Origin: an uncultured Alphaproteobacteria bacterium
GTDB lineage: Bacteria; Pseudomonadota; Alphaproteobacteria; CAVTAV01
Assembly: GCA_963821875.1 (NCBI GenBank)
Contig: CAWGFE010000004.1
Coordinates: forward strand, 52,692-116,691
Direction of reading: 5' to 3'
DNA length: 64,000 bases
In this document: positions 32,286 to 42,406 of the stretch, in pieces
Numbering within the stretch: position 1 is the first letter of the stretch
Layout of the letters: every line of letters begins with the position of its first letter
The notes under the pieces: generated by a model
What the model was told of the DNA's origin: nothing
Seen by the model: only the letters and a program-made list of their open reading frames with translations
The model's database searches: none
Made by a program: the position numbers and the translations under genes

Positions 32286-33827
32286 TCATATCTCGCCGAA
32301 GCCCGGAGTTTGATCGCCGCTTTCCCGGCCGACGCCTTTCTTCAGGAGCAGCAGGATGGGCAGTCCCGCGCCGGCGGCGGCGGTCAGCAGCAGGAAGGCG
32401 TCCATCATGCCCTGGAAGTGGGCCTGCTGGCCAAGCAGCTTGGTCAGAACCGGCCCGGTCAGGGGACTTTGTGCGCTGAGGTGAAGCTCGTTGAGACGTT
32501 GCGCCAAGGCATCGGACATGGATGTAAGGTGTCCGCCCATCTGATTCCAGGCCGTCTGTGTCTGATCGGCCACCACGGTACTCGCCATCGCAATGCCGAG
32601 GCCCGAGGCGATGGAGCGGGCGATCTGGCGAATGCCGGCGGCTTCGGCCGTCTGCTCGTCGGACAGGGTGGCGAAGGTGGCGGTCGCCAGCGGCACGAAA
32701 AACATGCCCAGACCGAAGCCCTGGACGATCACGGGCCATATGAACCACCACTCATTGGTCTGAAGGCTGTATTGCGTCATCACGTAGGACGACGAGACCG
32801 TGATAATGATCCCCGCCAGCATCAGGGGCCGCGCGCCGGTTCGGTTGATCAGATGGCCGGCAAGGAACATCGCCAGCATCGATCCCGCGCCGCGCGGCGC
32901 CTGAACCAGCCCGGTCGTAAAGGTCGGATATCCGAAGATCGTCTCCAGCATTTGCGGCTGCAGCGCCAGCATGCCGTACATGCAGAACATGAAGGTGGAG
33001 AGCAGCAGCGCCGCGCCGGCGAAATTCCGGTCCTTGAAGATCCTGAGGTCGAAGATGGCGTCCTTGCCCATCTCGAGGTTGCGCAGGATCAGGCAGATGA
33101 AGCCGAAGACGCTGAGCCCGGCCGCGATCTGGATCGTGTGGGACGAGAACCAACCCATTTGCTGGCCGCGATCGAACACGAATTGCATCGCGGAAATGGC
33201 GACGACCAGAAAGGCGAAGCCGATCCAGTCGGCCCGGCGTTCCTTCTTTTCGGTTTCCGGCACCAGCGCCCAGACGCCGATCAGCGCCAGAACGCCGACC
33301 GGCAGATTGATGAAGAAGGTCCAGCGCCAGCTCAGGATCTGAGTCAGATAGCCGCCGAGCGTCGGGCCCATGATCGGACCCACCATCGCGCCGACGCCGA
33401 AAATGGCCATGGCCTTGCCGCGTTCCTCGCGTGGATAGAGATTGATCAGGATCGCCTGGGCCGTCGGCAGGAGACCGGCGCCGGCGACGCCCTGCGCGAG
33501 CCGGAACAGCACGATCTGGTCGAGATTGGCGGCGAGACCGCACAGCATCGATGCGATCGTGAAGCCGATAATGCTCCAGACCAGATACGTCCGCTGTCCG
33601 AAGCGGTCCGTCATGAAGCCGGTGAGCGGCATGAAAATGCCGGCGGAAATCAGGTAGCTGGTGAGGACCCAGGAGATTTCGGTGGCATTGGTGCCGAGTT
33701 GACCCTGCATGTGGGGCAGGGCGACCGTAACGATCGTCGTGTCCAGAATCTGCATGATGGCGGCGCACATGACCGCCGCCGTTATGAGATACCGGGTCCC
33801 TTTGTCCTGTACGACCGTGCTCGCCAT
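32286..33827 (-). CDS. emrB: EmrB/QacA DHA2 MFS efflux permease
   Basis: ILDTTIVTVALPHM, WVLTSYL, GPTLGG, WRWTFFINLPVG. Confidence 0.92.
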   Translation of the reverse strand: MASTVVQDKGTRYLITAAVMCAAIMQILDTTIVTVALPHMQGQLGTNATEISWVLTSYLISAGIFMPLTGFMTDRFGQRTYLVWSIIGFTIASMLCGLAANLDQIVLFRLAQGVAGAGLLPTAQAILINLYPREERGKAMAIFGVGAMVGPIMGPTLGGYLTQILSWRWTFFINLPVGVLALIGVWALVPETEKKERRADWIGFAFLVVAISAMQFVFDRGQQMGWFSSHTIQIAAGLSVFGFICLILRNLEMGKDAIFDLRIFKDRNFAGAALLLSTFMFCMYGMLALQPQMLETIFGYPTFTTGLVQAPRGAGSMLAMFLAGHLINRTGARPLMLAGIIITVSSSYVMTQYSLQTNEWWFIWPVIVQGFGLGMFFVPLATATFATLSDEQTAEAAGIRQIARSIASGLGIAMASTVVADQTQTAWNQMGGHLTSMSDALAQRLNELHLSAQSPLTGPVLTKLLGQQAHFQGMMDAFLLLTAAAGAGLPILLLLKKGVGRESGDQTPGFGEI

Positions 33828-33966
33828 TCGCTCACCGGCAGCCTCTCTGCCGGAGACCGCAATAACCTCTCGTATCTGGTTTTTCTGTTAGACCTCTGCG
33901 CCACAGGAACGTCGGCGGGAGATGTTTGTTTCACGGTGAAGGAGGGCGCGGGCCCCCACCGCCAGT

Positions 33967-34479
33967 CTAGAACCAGCGGCGGACCTTGCCGGCGTATTCT
34001 TCATATGATTTTCCGAAGATCGCCCGGAGCCGGCGCTCTTCGAACGGGATCACGATGGAATTCATGATGAAGAACGGGATCAACAGCAGGATCAGGGGCC
34101 AAAGCGCAAGCTGCCAGATCGCCGCGCCCGCATAGATCAGCACCAGCGAGAGATACATCGGATTCCGCGAGATCAGGAACGGCCCCATGTCGACCAGATG
34201 CATCGGCTGGCCATGCGGAAGCAGCGTCGTGCCGCGATGGATGAACATCACGAAGCTGGCGATGGCGATCAGAAAGCCGACCACGACCAGGAAGCCGCCG
34301 AGGATCGCGGCTCCTAGGCCGATACCGGACGGAACGACGTCGAGCGGCACTTCGTGCCCGATGACCAGACCGATGAAATAGACGACGACAAAAAGAAAAG
34401 GCGGGGGAAATTTGGCGAAAATCGGCGCCCTCTCGCTCGGCTGGGAGGGTTCTTGTGGATCCTGATTTTGTGTCGTCAT
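33967..34479 (-). CDS. Isoprenylcysteine/phospholipid methyltransferase family membrane protein
   Basis: GPFLISRNPMY, EERRLRAIFGKSYEEY...VRRW. Confidence 0.85.
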   Translation of the reverse strand: MTTQNQDPQEPSQPSERAPIFAKFPPPFLFVVVYFIGLVIGHEVPLDVVPSGIGLGAAILGGFLVVVGFLIAIASFVMFIHRGTTLLPHGQPMHLVDMGPFLISRNPMYLSLVLIYAGAAIWQLALWPLILLLIPFFIMNSIVIPFEERRLRAIFGKSYEEYAGKVRRWF

Positions 34480-34513
34480 GGTCGGTGGCTCCGTCCTGCG
34501 GGGGGTGGCTGCG

Positions 34514-35032
34514 TTAGAGCAACGCGTAATAGCGGATGCGGTTTCCGCCCTCGGTGCGTTCGCCTATCCCGATGAAGACATAGCGTGTCAGCCAGTCATG
34601 CTTGCCTTGTTCGACTTCGAAAATCGGCGTGGTGCGGAAATAATATTCGGAAAAATCGACGACCGGGCCGCCCTCGGCGGTCCTCTTGTAGCGCGCCATG
34701 GTGTCGGATTTCCGGCCCCAGATATAGCCGCGATTGTAGAGCAGGATGAGCGTGCCGTCATCTTCCTGGAGCATATAGCGGGCGTCGAGGCCCAGTACAT
34801 TGTCCGGCCGGAACAGGGCGTTGTCGCCACCTGAATTGGGCACCGCCTTGCCTTTGATCCTGGGGCCTTCGAAGGTTCCTGTCCCCAGATACACACCGCC
34901 GCGGCCGGCCCCGGAGGGCATATGTTCGATCACCTGGGTATGGCCGAATTGCAGCCGAACCTCGAACGCGAATTCGAATTTCGGCTCGTTCATGGTCGAT
35001 GAATCGGGAAATACGGACGATATGTCGGTCAC
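34514..35032 (-). CDS. DUF3237 family protein
   Basis: GTFEGPRIKG, GGD, LDARYMLQEDDG, YYFRTTPIFE, DWLTR; GTG at 35032 preferred. Confidence 0.85.
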   Translation of the reverse strand: MTDISSVFPDSSTMNEPKFEFAFEVRLQFGHTQVIEHMPSGAGRGGVYLGTGTFEGPRIKGKAVPNSGGDNALFRPDNVLGLDARYMLQEDDGTLILLYNRGYIWGRKSDTMARYKRTAEGGPVVDFSEYYFRTTPIFEVEQGKHDWLTRYVFIGIGERTEGGNRIRYYALL

Positions 35033-35213
35033 CCTGCGCCCCCCTCTGTTCTGGTGAAAACGGCGGTCTTCTGAAGAAAAATGCCGTTCCAAACGCCCTT
35101 TGCCACCCTGGTCGCGACCGTAACACAACTTACCGGAAGGCCTAAATCCTTAACACTACCGAAACCATTCAATGCTGTTATGCCGTCTTTGGGGCTTAAA
35201 ACTTTCGATCTTG

Positions 35214-37316
35214 ATGAGTAACAGCAAAATACTGATCGTCGACGCGGAGACGGATGATCGCAGTCAACTTGCGCGCAATTTCGAGCGTAAAGGCTATAAG
35301 GTCGTCTGTACTCATCAAGCCGAAGAGGCGCTGACGCTTCTCGCGCCGGGCGACGTCGATCTGGCGCTGATCGGGCTCAAGATTCCCGGCGTGAACGGCA
35401 CCGAACTGGTGCGCAAGATACGCGCCGTGCCGGAACTGGCCGATCTGTCCATCCTGCTGATGGCGGAGTCCAAAAGTCGCCGCGCGTTGTTGCAGGCGCT
35501 CAAGGGCGACGTTCAGGACTATATTTCCAAGCCTGTCGACTTCCAGATCGCGCTGATCCGCGTCGGCCAGCAGATAGACCGCCGGGCGACCCTGCGCAAG
35601 CTGATGCACAGCGAGGATCGCTTCGCGCTCGCCGCGGCGGGATCGAACGACGGTTTGTGGGACTACGATCTCGCGGCCGGGACGCTGTTCGTCTCGGATC
35701 GCTGGCTGGATTTGCTCGGCCTGACCGGGCATCCCAACGAACAGGATCCGCAGACCTGGTTCGAGCGGATCCACGACGACGACCAATCGGATTTTCAGAC
35801 CAAGCTCCGGGCGCTGATGATCGGGGCCGAGCCGGAACTGGTCGCCGACTTCCGGATGCGTCACAACGACGGCGGCTTTCGCTGGGTCCGGGCGCGCGGC
35901 GTGGCGCGCCGTAGCGAAGACGGCGACGCGTTGCGGGTGGCCGGCTCTCTGGCCGACATCACTCGCGAGCGGATGACCGATTCCCTGACACGTCTGCCCA
36001 ACCGCCCCGCCACGGTCGAACTGTTCGAGCGCATTCTGACGCGCGCGGCGCGGACCAAGGCGACTCATCTGGTCGCGACCCTCACGATCGACCAGCTTCG
36101 CCAGGTCCAGGAAGGGCTCGGCCAGGCCAAGGCGCAGGAGCTCAGCCGTATCACGGCCGACCGTCTCGCCCGGGCGGTTCGTCCGACCGATATCATCGGC
36201 AGCTTCGGCGGCACCGAATTCTATGTGATGCTGACCAACGTCATGAGCATCGCGGATGGTCTGCGCGGCATGCAGCGCATCACCGATGCGATCTCCGAGC
36301 CGGTCATGCTCGCCGACATCACGCTGGTTCCCACCGTCTCGGCCGGTGTCGTGCTCACCTCGTCCAACACGCCGGCCGCTGAGCAGGTCCTGCAGCAATG
36401 CCATGCGGCGCTCAGCCAGGCGGGCTCCGGCGCGGGCGATCATATCCGGATCTATAACGCCACCATGGAAGTCCATGCGCGCGACAGCCTCGCCCGCGAA
36501 GCGGACATCCGGGAAGCGGTCAAGACGCACTCCTTCCTGTTCCATTATCAGCCGGTCGTCGATGCCGTGTCGGGCGGCATTCTGGCTTTCGAGAGCCTGC
36601 TGCGTCTGAAGAAGCCCGATGGAAGTCTGGCCTCGCCGCTGACCTTCGTGGAATATCTCGAACGTTCCGGCCTGATCCAGCCGGTGACGCTCGAATTGAT
36701 GCACGGCGCTCTGGAATTTTCGAAAGAGCTGACGAAGAGACTTCCCGGACGCGGCCCTGTTCCCCTGTCGGTCAATATCAGCCCGGTACAGCTTCGCAGC
36801 CCGACGCTCGTGTCCGATATCAGCGCCTGCCTGCAGGATGCCAGCGTGCCGCCGAAGTCCTTGAAGATCGAAATCACCGAAAACGCGATGATCGCCGATT
36901 TCGAGACGATCAAGGGACGGCTCGACGCGCTTTCGAATCTCGGGCTCAAGCTGTCGATCGACGATTTCGGTACCGGGTATTCCTCGCTCGCCTATCTCGC
37001 GCAGCTTCCCTTCGACGAGTTGAAGATCGACCGGTCTTTCGTGTCGAGCATCCACAACGACCCGCATAAGAAGAAGCTTTTCGAAGTGATCATGTCGCTG
37101 TCCAAGCGTCTCGGTCTCTCGACGGTCGTCGAGGGCGTCGAAGATCGCGAGGAACTCGACGAGGTCATGCGGATGGGCGCGCGCTATGTGCAGGGCTATT
37201 TCTACTCCAAGCCGCTGCCACCCGAGGAAATCCTGGCCAATCTGGATCGCGATCCGAACTGGCTCGGCGAGCCGGCCAATCCACTGGCCGAACAGCCTCT
37301 TCGGTTGGCGCGGTGA
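35214..37316 (+). CDS. REC(atypical)-PAS-GGDEF(degenerate)-EAL c-di-GMP phosphodiesterase
   Basis: REC fold; PAS GSNDGLWD...RIHDDD; GGTEF; ESL, EITEN, DDFGTGYSSL, KIDRSF, EGVE, QGY. Confidence 0.9.
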   Translation: MSNSKILIVDAETDDRSQLARNFERKGYKVVCTHQAEEALTLLAPGDVDLALIGLKIPGVNGTELVRKIRAVPELADLSILLMAESKSRRALLQALKGDVQDYISKPVDFQIALIRVGQQIDRRATLRKLMHSEDRFALAAAGSNDGLWDYDLAAGTLFVSDRWLDLLGLTGHPNEQDPQTWFERIHDDDQSDFQTKLRALMIGAEPELVADFRMRHNDGGFRWVRARGVARRSEDGDALRVAGSLADITRERMTDSLTRLPNRPATVELFERILTRAARTKATHLVATLTIDQLRQVQEGLGQAKAQELSRITADRLARAVRPTDIIGSFGGTEFYVMLTNVMSIADGLRGMQRITDAISEPVMLADITLVPTVSAGVVLTSSNTPAAEQVLQQCHAALSQAGSGAGDHIRIYNATMEVHARDSLAREADIREAVKTHSFLFHYQPVVDAVSGGILAFESLLRLKKPDGSLASPLTFVEYLERSGLIQPVTLELMHGALEFSKELTKRLPGRGPVPLSVNISPVQLRSPTLVSDISACLQDASVPPKSLKIEITENAMIADFETIKGRLDALSNLGLKLSIDDFGTGYSSLAYLAQLPFDELKIDRSFVSSIHNDPHKKKLFEVIMSLSKRLGLSTVVEGVEDREELDEVMRMGARYVQGYFYSKPLPPEEILANLDRDPNWLGEPANPLAEQPLRLAR

Positions 37317-37467
37317 CCGCCGTCTGGCGGTCCGCATCCTGTCCCTTTTGTCGCACCCCGTTTGACTCCGTAGCCAATCCGTCTTCTTCTATCGACACCA
37401 GCGGTCGCCTTGACGAGCAGATCGGGCCGCGCTCTCCCCAGATTCCGAGCATGCGGGGCCGGATGAC

Positions 37468-37836
37468 ATGATTCCAGAGACGAGCGCCGCATCGCCGCGA
37501 CGCCGGCGGAACAGCCTTCTGCTGATCCCGTGCCTGGCCATCGCGGCCACCGCTTTGCTCGGCGCCTGCTCGGATTCCCGCACGGCCAAGCTCATCTCGC
37601 TCTGTAAGGAGGACAGCCGGCGGTCCACCGCCGAATGCCGGTGCCAGGCCAGGGTGATGCAGTCGTCCCTGAGCAATGACGATCTCGACATGTTGCTGCG
37701 GATGGGAAGCGTCAAGACGGCCGAGGAACGCATGTCGATCATGCGGGAGGCCGGCCGGAACGAACAGCAGTTCATGGCGTGGGGCAAGGCGTTCCAGAAA
37801 GCGGTCGCCAAGGCCACCAAAGAGTGTCGTTTCTGA
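37468..37836 (+). CDS. Hypothetical lipoprotein
   Basis: RRRR + hydrophobic stretch + LLGAC lipobox; four further Cys. Confidence 0.6.
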   Translation: MIPETSAASPRRRRNSLLLIPCLAIAATALLGACSDSRTAKLISLCKEDSRRSTAECRCQARVMQSSLSNDDLDMLLRMGSVKTAEERMSIMREAGRNEQQFMAWGKAFQKAVAKATKECRF

Positions 37837-37959
37837 AACGGGCTTCTCTCGCGAACGCCTGAGATCGCTCACGGCCGGGTCTGGACATGAGGGCGGAATT
37901 TCCCCATATCCTTGTATGCCGTGCATGGTCCGCGCGGCGCTTGGATGAGGATAGGGGAC

Positions 37960-38430
37960 ATGGCGACAGCGACATTTGCAGCCGGTTGTTTCTGGGGCGT
38001 CGAGGCCACCTTCGGTCAGATCGACGGCGTGACCCGCACCGAGGTCGGCTATACCGGGGGTGCGACGGAGGATCCGACCTATCGGCAGGTCTGCAGCGAC
38101 CGGACCGGTCATGCCGAGGCCGTACAAGTCGAATACGACCCTGAAAAAGTGTCATATGAGCAGTTGTTGGACGTTTTCTGGGCCAATCACGACCCGACGA
38201 CGCTGAACCGCCAGGGACCGGATGTCGGCTCCCAATATCGCTCGGCGATCTTCTATCACACGTCGGATCAGGAACAGGCGGCGCGCAAATCCATGGAATC
38301 GCTGGATAAATCAGGGCGATTTGGCGGCCCGATCGTCACGCAGATCGTTCCGGCCGCCACGTTTTATCCAGCCGAGGACTATCATCAGAAATATCTCGAA
38401 AAACGCGGCATGGCGGCCTGCCATTTCTGA
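37960..38430 (+). CDS. msrA: Peptide-methionine (S)-S-oxide reductase
   Basis: [38 protein letters not shown]. Confidence 0.97.
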   Translation: MATATFAAGCFWGVEATFGQIDGVTRTEVGYTGGATEDPTYRQVCSDRTGHAEAVQVEYDPEKVSYEQLLDVFWANHDPTTLNRQGPDVGSQYRSAIFYHTSDQEQAARKSMESLDKSGRFGGPIVTQIVPAATFYPAEDYHQKYLEKRGMAACHF

Positions 38431-38614
38431 GGTCTGATTGCCGGCCCTGCCGGCACTGCCTTCAAACAGCAACAAATCCGTAATTCTCCGGCCACACGGC
38501 TCGGGCAGATAGGACGCAACCGGATGCGGGCTTTCCGCACGGATTGCGACTGTCTGGCGCGGCCATTGGCCGGAGGAGGATGACATTACCGAACCGTCGC
38601 ACGCGCATCTCCAG

Positions 38615-39394
38615 GTGCGCCTGGCCAATTCGACCAGCGAGGTCGAGGCGGCCCAAGCTCTCCGTTACAAGGTATTCTATGAAGAGATGGGCGCCCGCCC
38701 GACTCCGCAGATGGAGACGTTACGGCGCGACTTCGACCATATCGACGAGCGGAGCGATCATCTGATCGTCCACGATCCGCTCCATCAGGATCCGGGCGGC
38801 TCGATCGTCGGCACGTATCGCCTGATCCGGGGCGACAAGATCAGGCAAATGGAAGAATTCTATTCCTCGGCCGAATACGACCTGAGCCCGATCATGCGGT
38901 TTTCCGGTCCGGTGCTCGAATTGGGCCGCTCTTGCGTGGCGCCGGCTTATCGCTGCCGGTCCGTCATGCAGCTTCTGTGGCGCGGCGTCGCGGAATATGT
39001 CTCGGCCAACGGCATCGGGCTGATGTTCGGCTGCGGCAGTCTGCCGGGCGCCGATCTGGAGCGTCATGCCGAAACGCTCTCCTATCTCCACGCCAAACAC
39101 ATGGCGCCGGAGACGCTTCGGGTGCGGGCCCGCGCCGACCGCTATGAGCCCATGACGCTTCGCGATCCGGCAATGCTGGACATCACGGCCGCGCGGGCCG
39201 GGCTGCCGCCGCTCATCAAGGGCTATTTGAGGCTCGGCGGTGTCGTCGGCGACGGCGCGGTGCTGGACCGGGAATTCAATACGACGGACATATGTATCAT
39301 AGTCGAAACCTCGCGGATCACGGACAAATACGCCCGGAAGTTTATCCGGACGTCGCCGACGTCATCCGTGCTCCGGCCCGCTCTGGCCGCCTAG
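38615..39394 (+). CDS. olsB: Ornithine N-acyltransferase (GNAT)
   Basis: AQALRYKVFYEEMGA, VGTYRL, LELGRSCV, PPLIKGYLRLG; start uncertain. Confidence 0.85.
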   Translation: MRLANSTSEVEAAQALRYKVFYEEMGARPTPQMETLRRDFDHIDERSDHLIVHDPLHQDPGGSIVGTYRLIRGDKIRQMEEFYSSAEYDLSPIMRFSGPVLELGRSCVAPAYRCRSVMQLLWRGVAEYVSANGIGLMFGCGSLPGADLERHAETLSYLHAKHMAPETLRVRARADRYEPMTLRDPAMLDITAARAGLPPLIKGYLRLGGVVGDGAVLDREFNTTDICIIVETSRITDKYARKFIRTSPTSSVLRPALAA

Positions 39395-40200
39395 TTCCGG
39401 CGGGCGGCCCGTCGACGTCCATCCAGCCCCGGAAACGGCGTAGTCCGGCTCGCGCGATTCTGCGGATCGGGCTGGCGGCGCTTCTCACCATGGCCCTGAT
39501 CGGACCTTACGCGCTGGCCGGACTGTTCGGCCGGTCGCGGGCCCGGCCTATCGCCTGGCTGTGGCATGCGGCCATGCTGAGGATCGTGGGGCTCAAGCTC
39601 CGCGTGGTCGGCGCGCCGCGCCGGCGGGGCACGACATTGTTCGTCGCCAATCACGTGTCCTATCTCGATATTCTGGCGCTCGGCCGCCGTCTCGATGGTC
39701 TGTTCGTCGCCAAGTCAGAGATCTCCGGTTGGCCCGGTATCGGCGGTCTCGCCCGCATGGGCGGTACGATCTTCATTCGCCGGGAGATGGAAGCGGTTCG
39801 CGAGCAATGCGAGCAGCTCACGGCCGTGCTGAACAACGGGAACGACGTCATCCTGTTTCCGGAAGGCACCAGCGGACTCGGCGACGGGGTTCTGCCGTTC
39901 AAGACCAGCCTGTTCGAAGTTTCCTACATGGTGCGGCCGGAGACCGATCTGATGGTCCAGCCGGTCGCGATCGCCTATCTTCAGGCCGATGGCCAACGTT
40001 GCGACAATCGCCGCGTCCGGTCGCTCGTGGCGTGGTATGGCCGGACCACCCTCGCGCCCCATCTCTGGCGCTTCGTCGGCGGCCGGGGCGCGGTCGTGGA
40101 GTTGCGCTTCCTCGATCCCGTGAAAGTGAGCGACTTCGCGTGGCGGCGGCCCCTGGCGAAGGCCTGCGAAGCGTCGATAGAGAGCAGTCTGACGGCGTAA
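39292..40200 (+). CDS. olsA: Lysophospholipid / lyso-ornithine-lipid acyltransferase (true start probably later than 39292)
   Basis: NHVSYLD, FVAKSEI, FPEGTS; follows olsB. Confidence 0.8.
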   Translation: MYHSRNLADHGQIRPEVYPDVADVIRAPARSGRLVPAGGPSTSIQPRKRRSPARAILRIGLAALLTMALIGPYALAGLFGRSRARPIAWLWHAAMLRIVGLKLRVVGAPRRRGTTLFVANHVSYLDILALGRRLDGLFVAKSEISGWPGIGGLARMGGTIFIRREMEAVREQCEQLTAVLNNGNDVILFPEGTSGLGDGVLPFKTSLFEVSYMVRPETDLMVQPVAIAYLQADGQRCDNRRVRSLVAWYGRTTLAPHLWRFVGGRGAVVELRFLDPVKVSDFAWRRPLAKACEASIESSLTA

Positions 40201-40286
40201 CCCTCTTGGGTCGCGTCCCGAGGGATGCTAGCTTCTTCCCGGTTGGTGCGGCACCGCGCATCGCTTGTGGGGAGATCGGGATCGCC

Positions 40287-40784
40287 ATGTTTTCCGGGCG
40301 AGGGAAGCTGTTACGGATAGCGCTGTTGTTCGTTGCGCTGGTCATTCTGGGCGTCGTCCAGTGGGAGACCCAGAAGGCCAAGCGGGCGGGCCCGCTTTCC
40401 GGCGCCGTGCGCGTGCTCGTCGTGCCTCGGACCACCGAAACCAAGACCTGCGACGACTGGCGGGTCGACGTTTATCTCGAAAACAGCACGAATTACGAAC
40501 TCAAACTGAACGGATTCACCGTCCATACCGCGTTCGACGGGAAGGACGAGGAGACGGCCAAGCGCGGCACCTTGTCGACCAAATCCAACAAGCCGATCTG
40601 GACGCTCTCCAAAGCGAAGCAGACCCGGATCTGGCATGCCGATAACGGGTGCAGCCAGTGGGCCAGCCACGGCAACTGGAAGACTCAGCCGACCCAGCTA
40701 CGCTACCGGGTCACGGCCTATACCAGCGACGGCATCTTTTCCTCGACGGCCGATACCACAGTTGCCATCGCGAACCGGCCCTGA
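40287..40784 (+). CDS. Hypothetical membrane-anchored protein
   Basis: GGGGAG RBS and ATG at 40287; one N-terminal hydrophobic helix; Thr/Trp-rich domain with 2 Cys. Confidence 0.55.
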   Translation: MFSGRGKLLRIALLFVALVILGVVQWETQKAKRAGPLSGAVRVLVVPRTTETKTCDDWRVDVYLENSTNYELKLNGFTVHTAFDGKDEETAKRGTLSTKSNKPIWTLSKAKQTRIWHADNGCSQWASHGNWKTQPTQLRYRVTAYTSDGIFSSTADTTVAIANRP

Positions 40785-40931
40785 CAGCCCCGGCCAAACA
40801 TGCCGAGCGGCGCTATTAACGGAATCCTTATCTTAACGATCTGTTGAAGATCAGTACGTAAAGATTAGGTTTAATGGACATCCCTGGGTTGCGACTCCGG
40901 GGGCGCAACACGGTATTGCCCAGAGGCTCGG

Positions 40932-42386
40932 ATGGCGAAAAAGAGGAAAAGAGGACGCGTGCTCGATTTCCTCGGCAATCTGCCGCTATGGTCGAGTCAG
41001 GGAGAAGCCGAGGAAACGGACAAGCTGGAGGAGGAGCGGCGGAAGCTCACGCTGATGCAGGGGCGGCTTCTGGAGATCCTGAATACCGAGCCGTTGATCA
41101 GCGCCGGCCGGGTTCAGATCATCGGCCTGGAAGACCTGAAGAAGGATCTCGGGGCGAAATGGGAAAGCCATCGCGATTCCGTTCACGCATCCCTCAAAAC
41201 GATCCTTCGGCGCAAACTCGGATCCGCCGACGTCTATTTTCAGCACGGACAGGACGACTACATCATCGTCTTCGCGACATTGACGCTGGCCGCGGCCAAG
41301 CTCGTTTGCGCCAGCATCATGAAAGAACTCAACACCCTGCTTCTCGGCGACGACAACAACCGGACCGTCACCGTGCGAACCGCCGTTGGCGTCGCCGATG
41401 GCCGGCTGCTGATGGAAGAGAGCAATGTCGACGAGGTATTGAAGGGGCTGTCCGCCGTTTCCGAGGAAGATGGGGCGCCGGAAGAATATGCGGCCGAGGA
41501 GGGGCCTGTTCGCGCCTTGTCCCCCCAAGCCGGCGATCGCCCGCACACGAGCGTCGGTTGGGAGCGCATAGATTTCGAGGGCACGCTCGGCCGGCCTTCC
41601 GAACGGGTATGGTCGCCAATCAATGACGATGCGCTCGACGAAGACGTCGATCTGAACAACTTCCGGCTGATCTACCGGCCGATGTGGAGCCCGGCCAACG
41701 AGACCATTACCACCTATACCGCGAGTTTCGTGGGCGAGGGGCCGGACGGCCAATTAAAGAACGCCTATTCCTTCGTCCGGGGATCCAAGCTTGTTCGCCA
41801 GATGGACGCCAGTGTCCTGGCGCGAGCCAGCCGCAAGATCGTCGAATTGTTCAAGGCGGACCGTCGCTTCGTGATGGCCGTGCCGCACCATTACGAGTCG
41901 GTCACCAACTGGTCGCGGCTTCGCGAATACTCGGAATACTGCAAGGCCATTCCGGAGGAAATCCGGCAGTATCTGGCGTTGAGTTGCGACGACTTTCCGC
42001 CGGGCACGCCGGCGTCGAAGCTGCTGACGATCGGCAACGCGTTGAGTCCCTACTGCCGCGTTCTTGCGGCGAATGTGATGTGGACCATTCGCGATCTCTC
42101 GCCCTATCGGGACGCCGGCTTCAAACTGGTCGGCATGTTCGTCCCGCGGGATGTCTCGCTGCCTCTCATTCGAGCGCGAATAGAGGATTTCGCCGAATTC
42201 GGCCGCCGGAACGGTTTGAGCACCGCAATTCTGAATGTCCACAGCCCCGAACTTGCCGCGATCGTCCGGGATGCGGGGATCGGGTTCATCATGGGACGTT
42301 TTATCGGTGACTATCAGGACGAGCCGGCCTCGATGACCAGGATTTCCTGGGACGAGTTGCTGGCCGCCGATTTCGCCCGGACCTGA
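40932..42386 (+). CDS. Degenerate GGDEF-like/EAL-like protein
   Basis: IIGLEDLKKDLG...HGQDDYIIVF (GGDEF-like); LIYRPMWS and late GFIMG segments resemble an EAL barrel, but catalytic motifs are absent. Confidence 0.6.
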   Translation: MAKKRKRGRVLDFLGNLPLWSSQGEAEETDKLEEERRKLTLMQGRLLEILNTEPLISAGRVQIIGLEDLKKDLGAKWESHRDSVHASLKTILRRKLGSADVYFQHGQDDYIIVFATLTLAAAKLVCASIMKELNTLLLGDDNNRTVTVRTAVGVADGRLLMEESNVDEVLKGLSAVSEEDGAPEEYAAEEGPVRALSPQAGDRPHTSVGWERIDFEGTLGRPSERVWSPINDDALDEDVDLNNFRLIYRPMWSPANETITTYTASFVGEGPDGQLKNAYSFVRGSKLVRQMDASVLARASRKIVELFKADRRFVMAVPHHYESVTNWSRLREYSEYCKAIPEEIRQYLALSCDDFPPGTPASKLLTIGNALSPYCRVLAANVMWTIRDLSPYRDAGFKLVGMFVPRDVSLPLIRARIEDFAEFGRRNGLSTAILNVHSPELAAIVRDAGIGFIMGRFIGDYQDEPASMTRISWDELLAADFART

Positions 42387-42406
42387 CGCCAAAGAACTGG
42401 TTATGA

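Noticed and set aside
35196-37337. 713-aa antisense ORF mirroring the EAL gene
   Set aside because: Shadow frame expected from high-GC codon bias; no recognisable motifs.
30979-42386. Possible genomic island integrated at tRNA-Val
   Set aside because: No integrase or transposase, no duplicated tRNA 3' end seen, and no obvious compositional shift.
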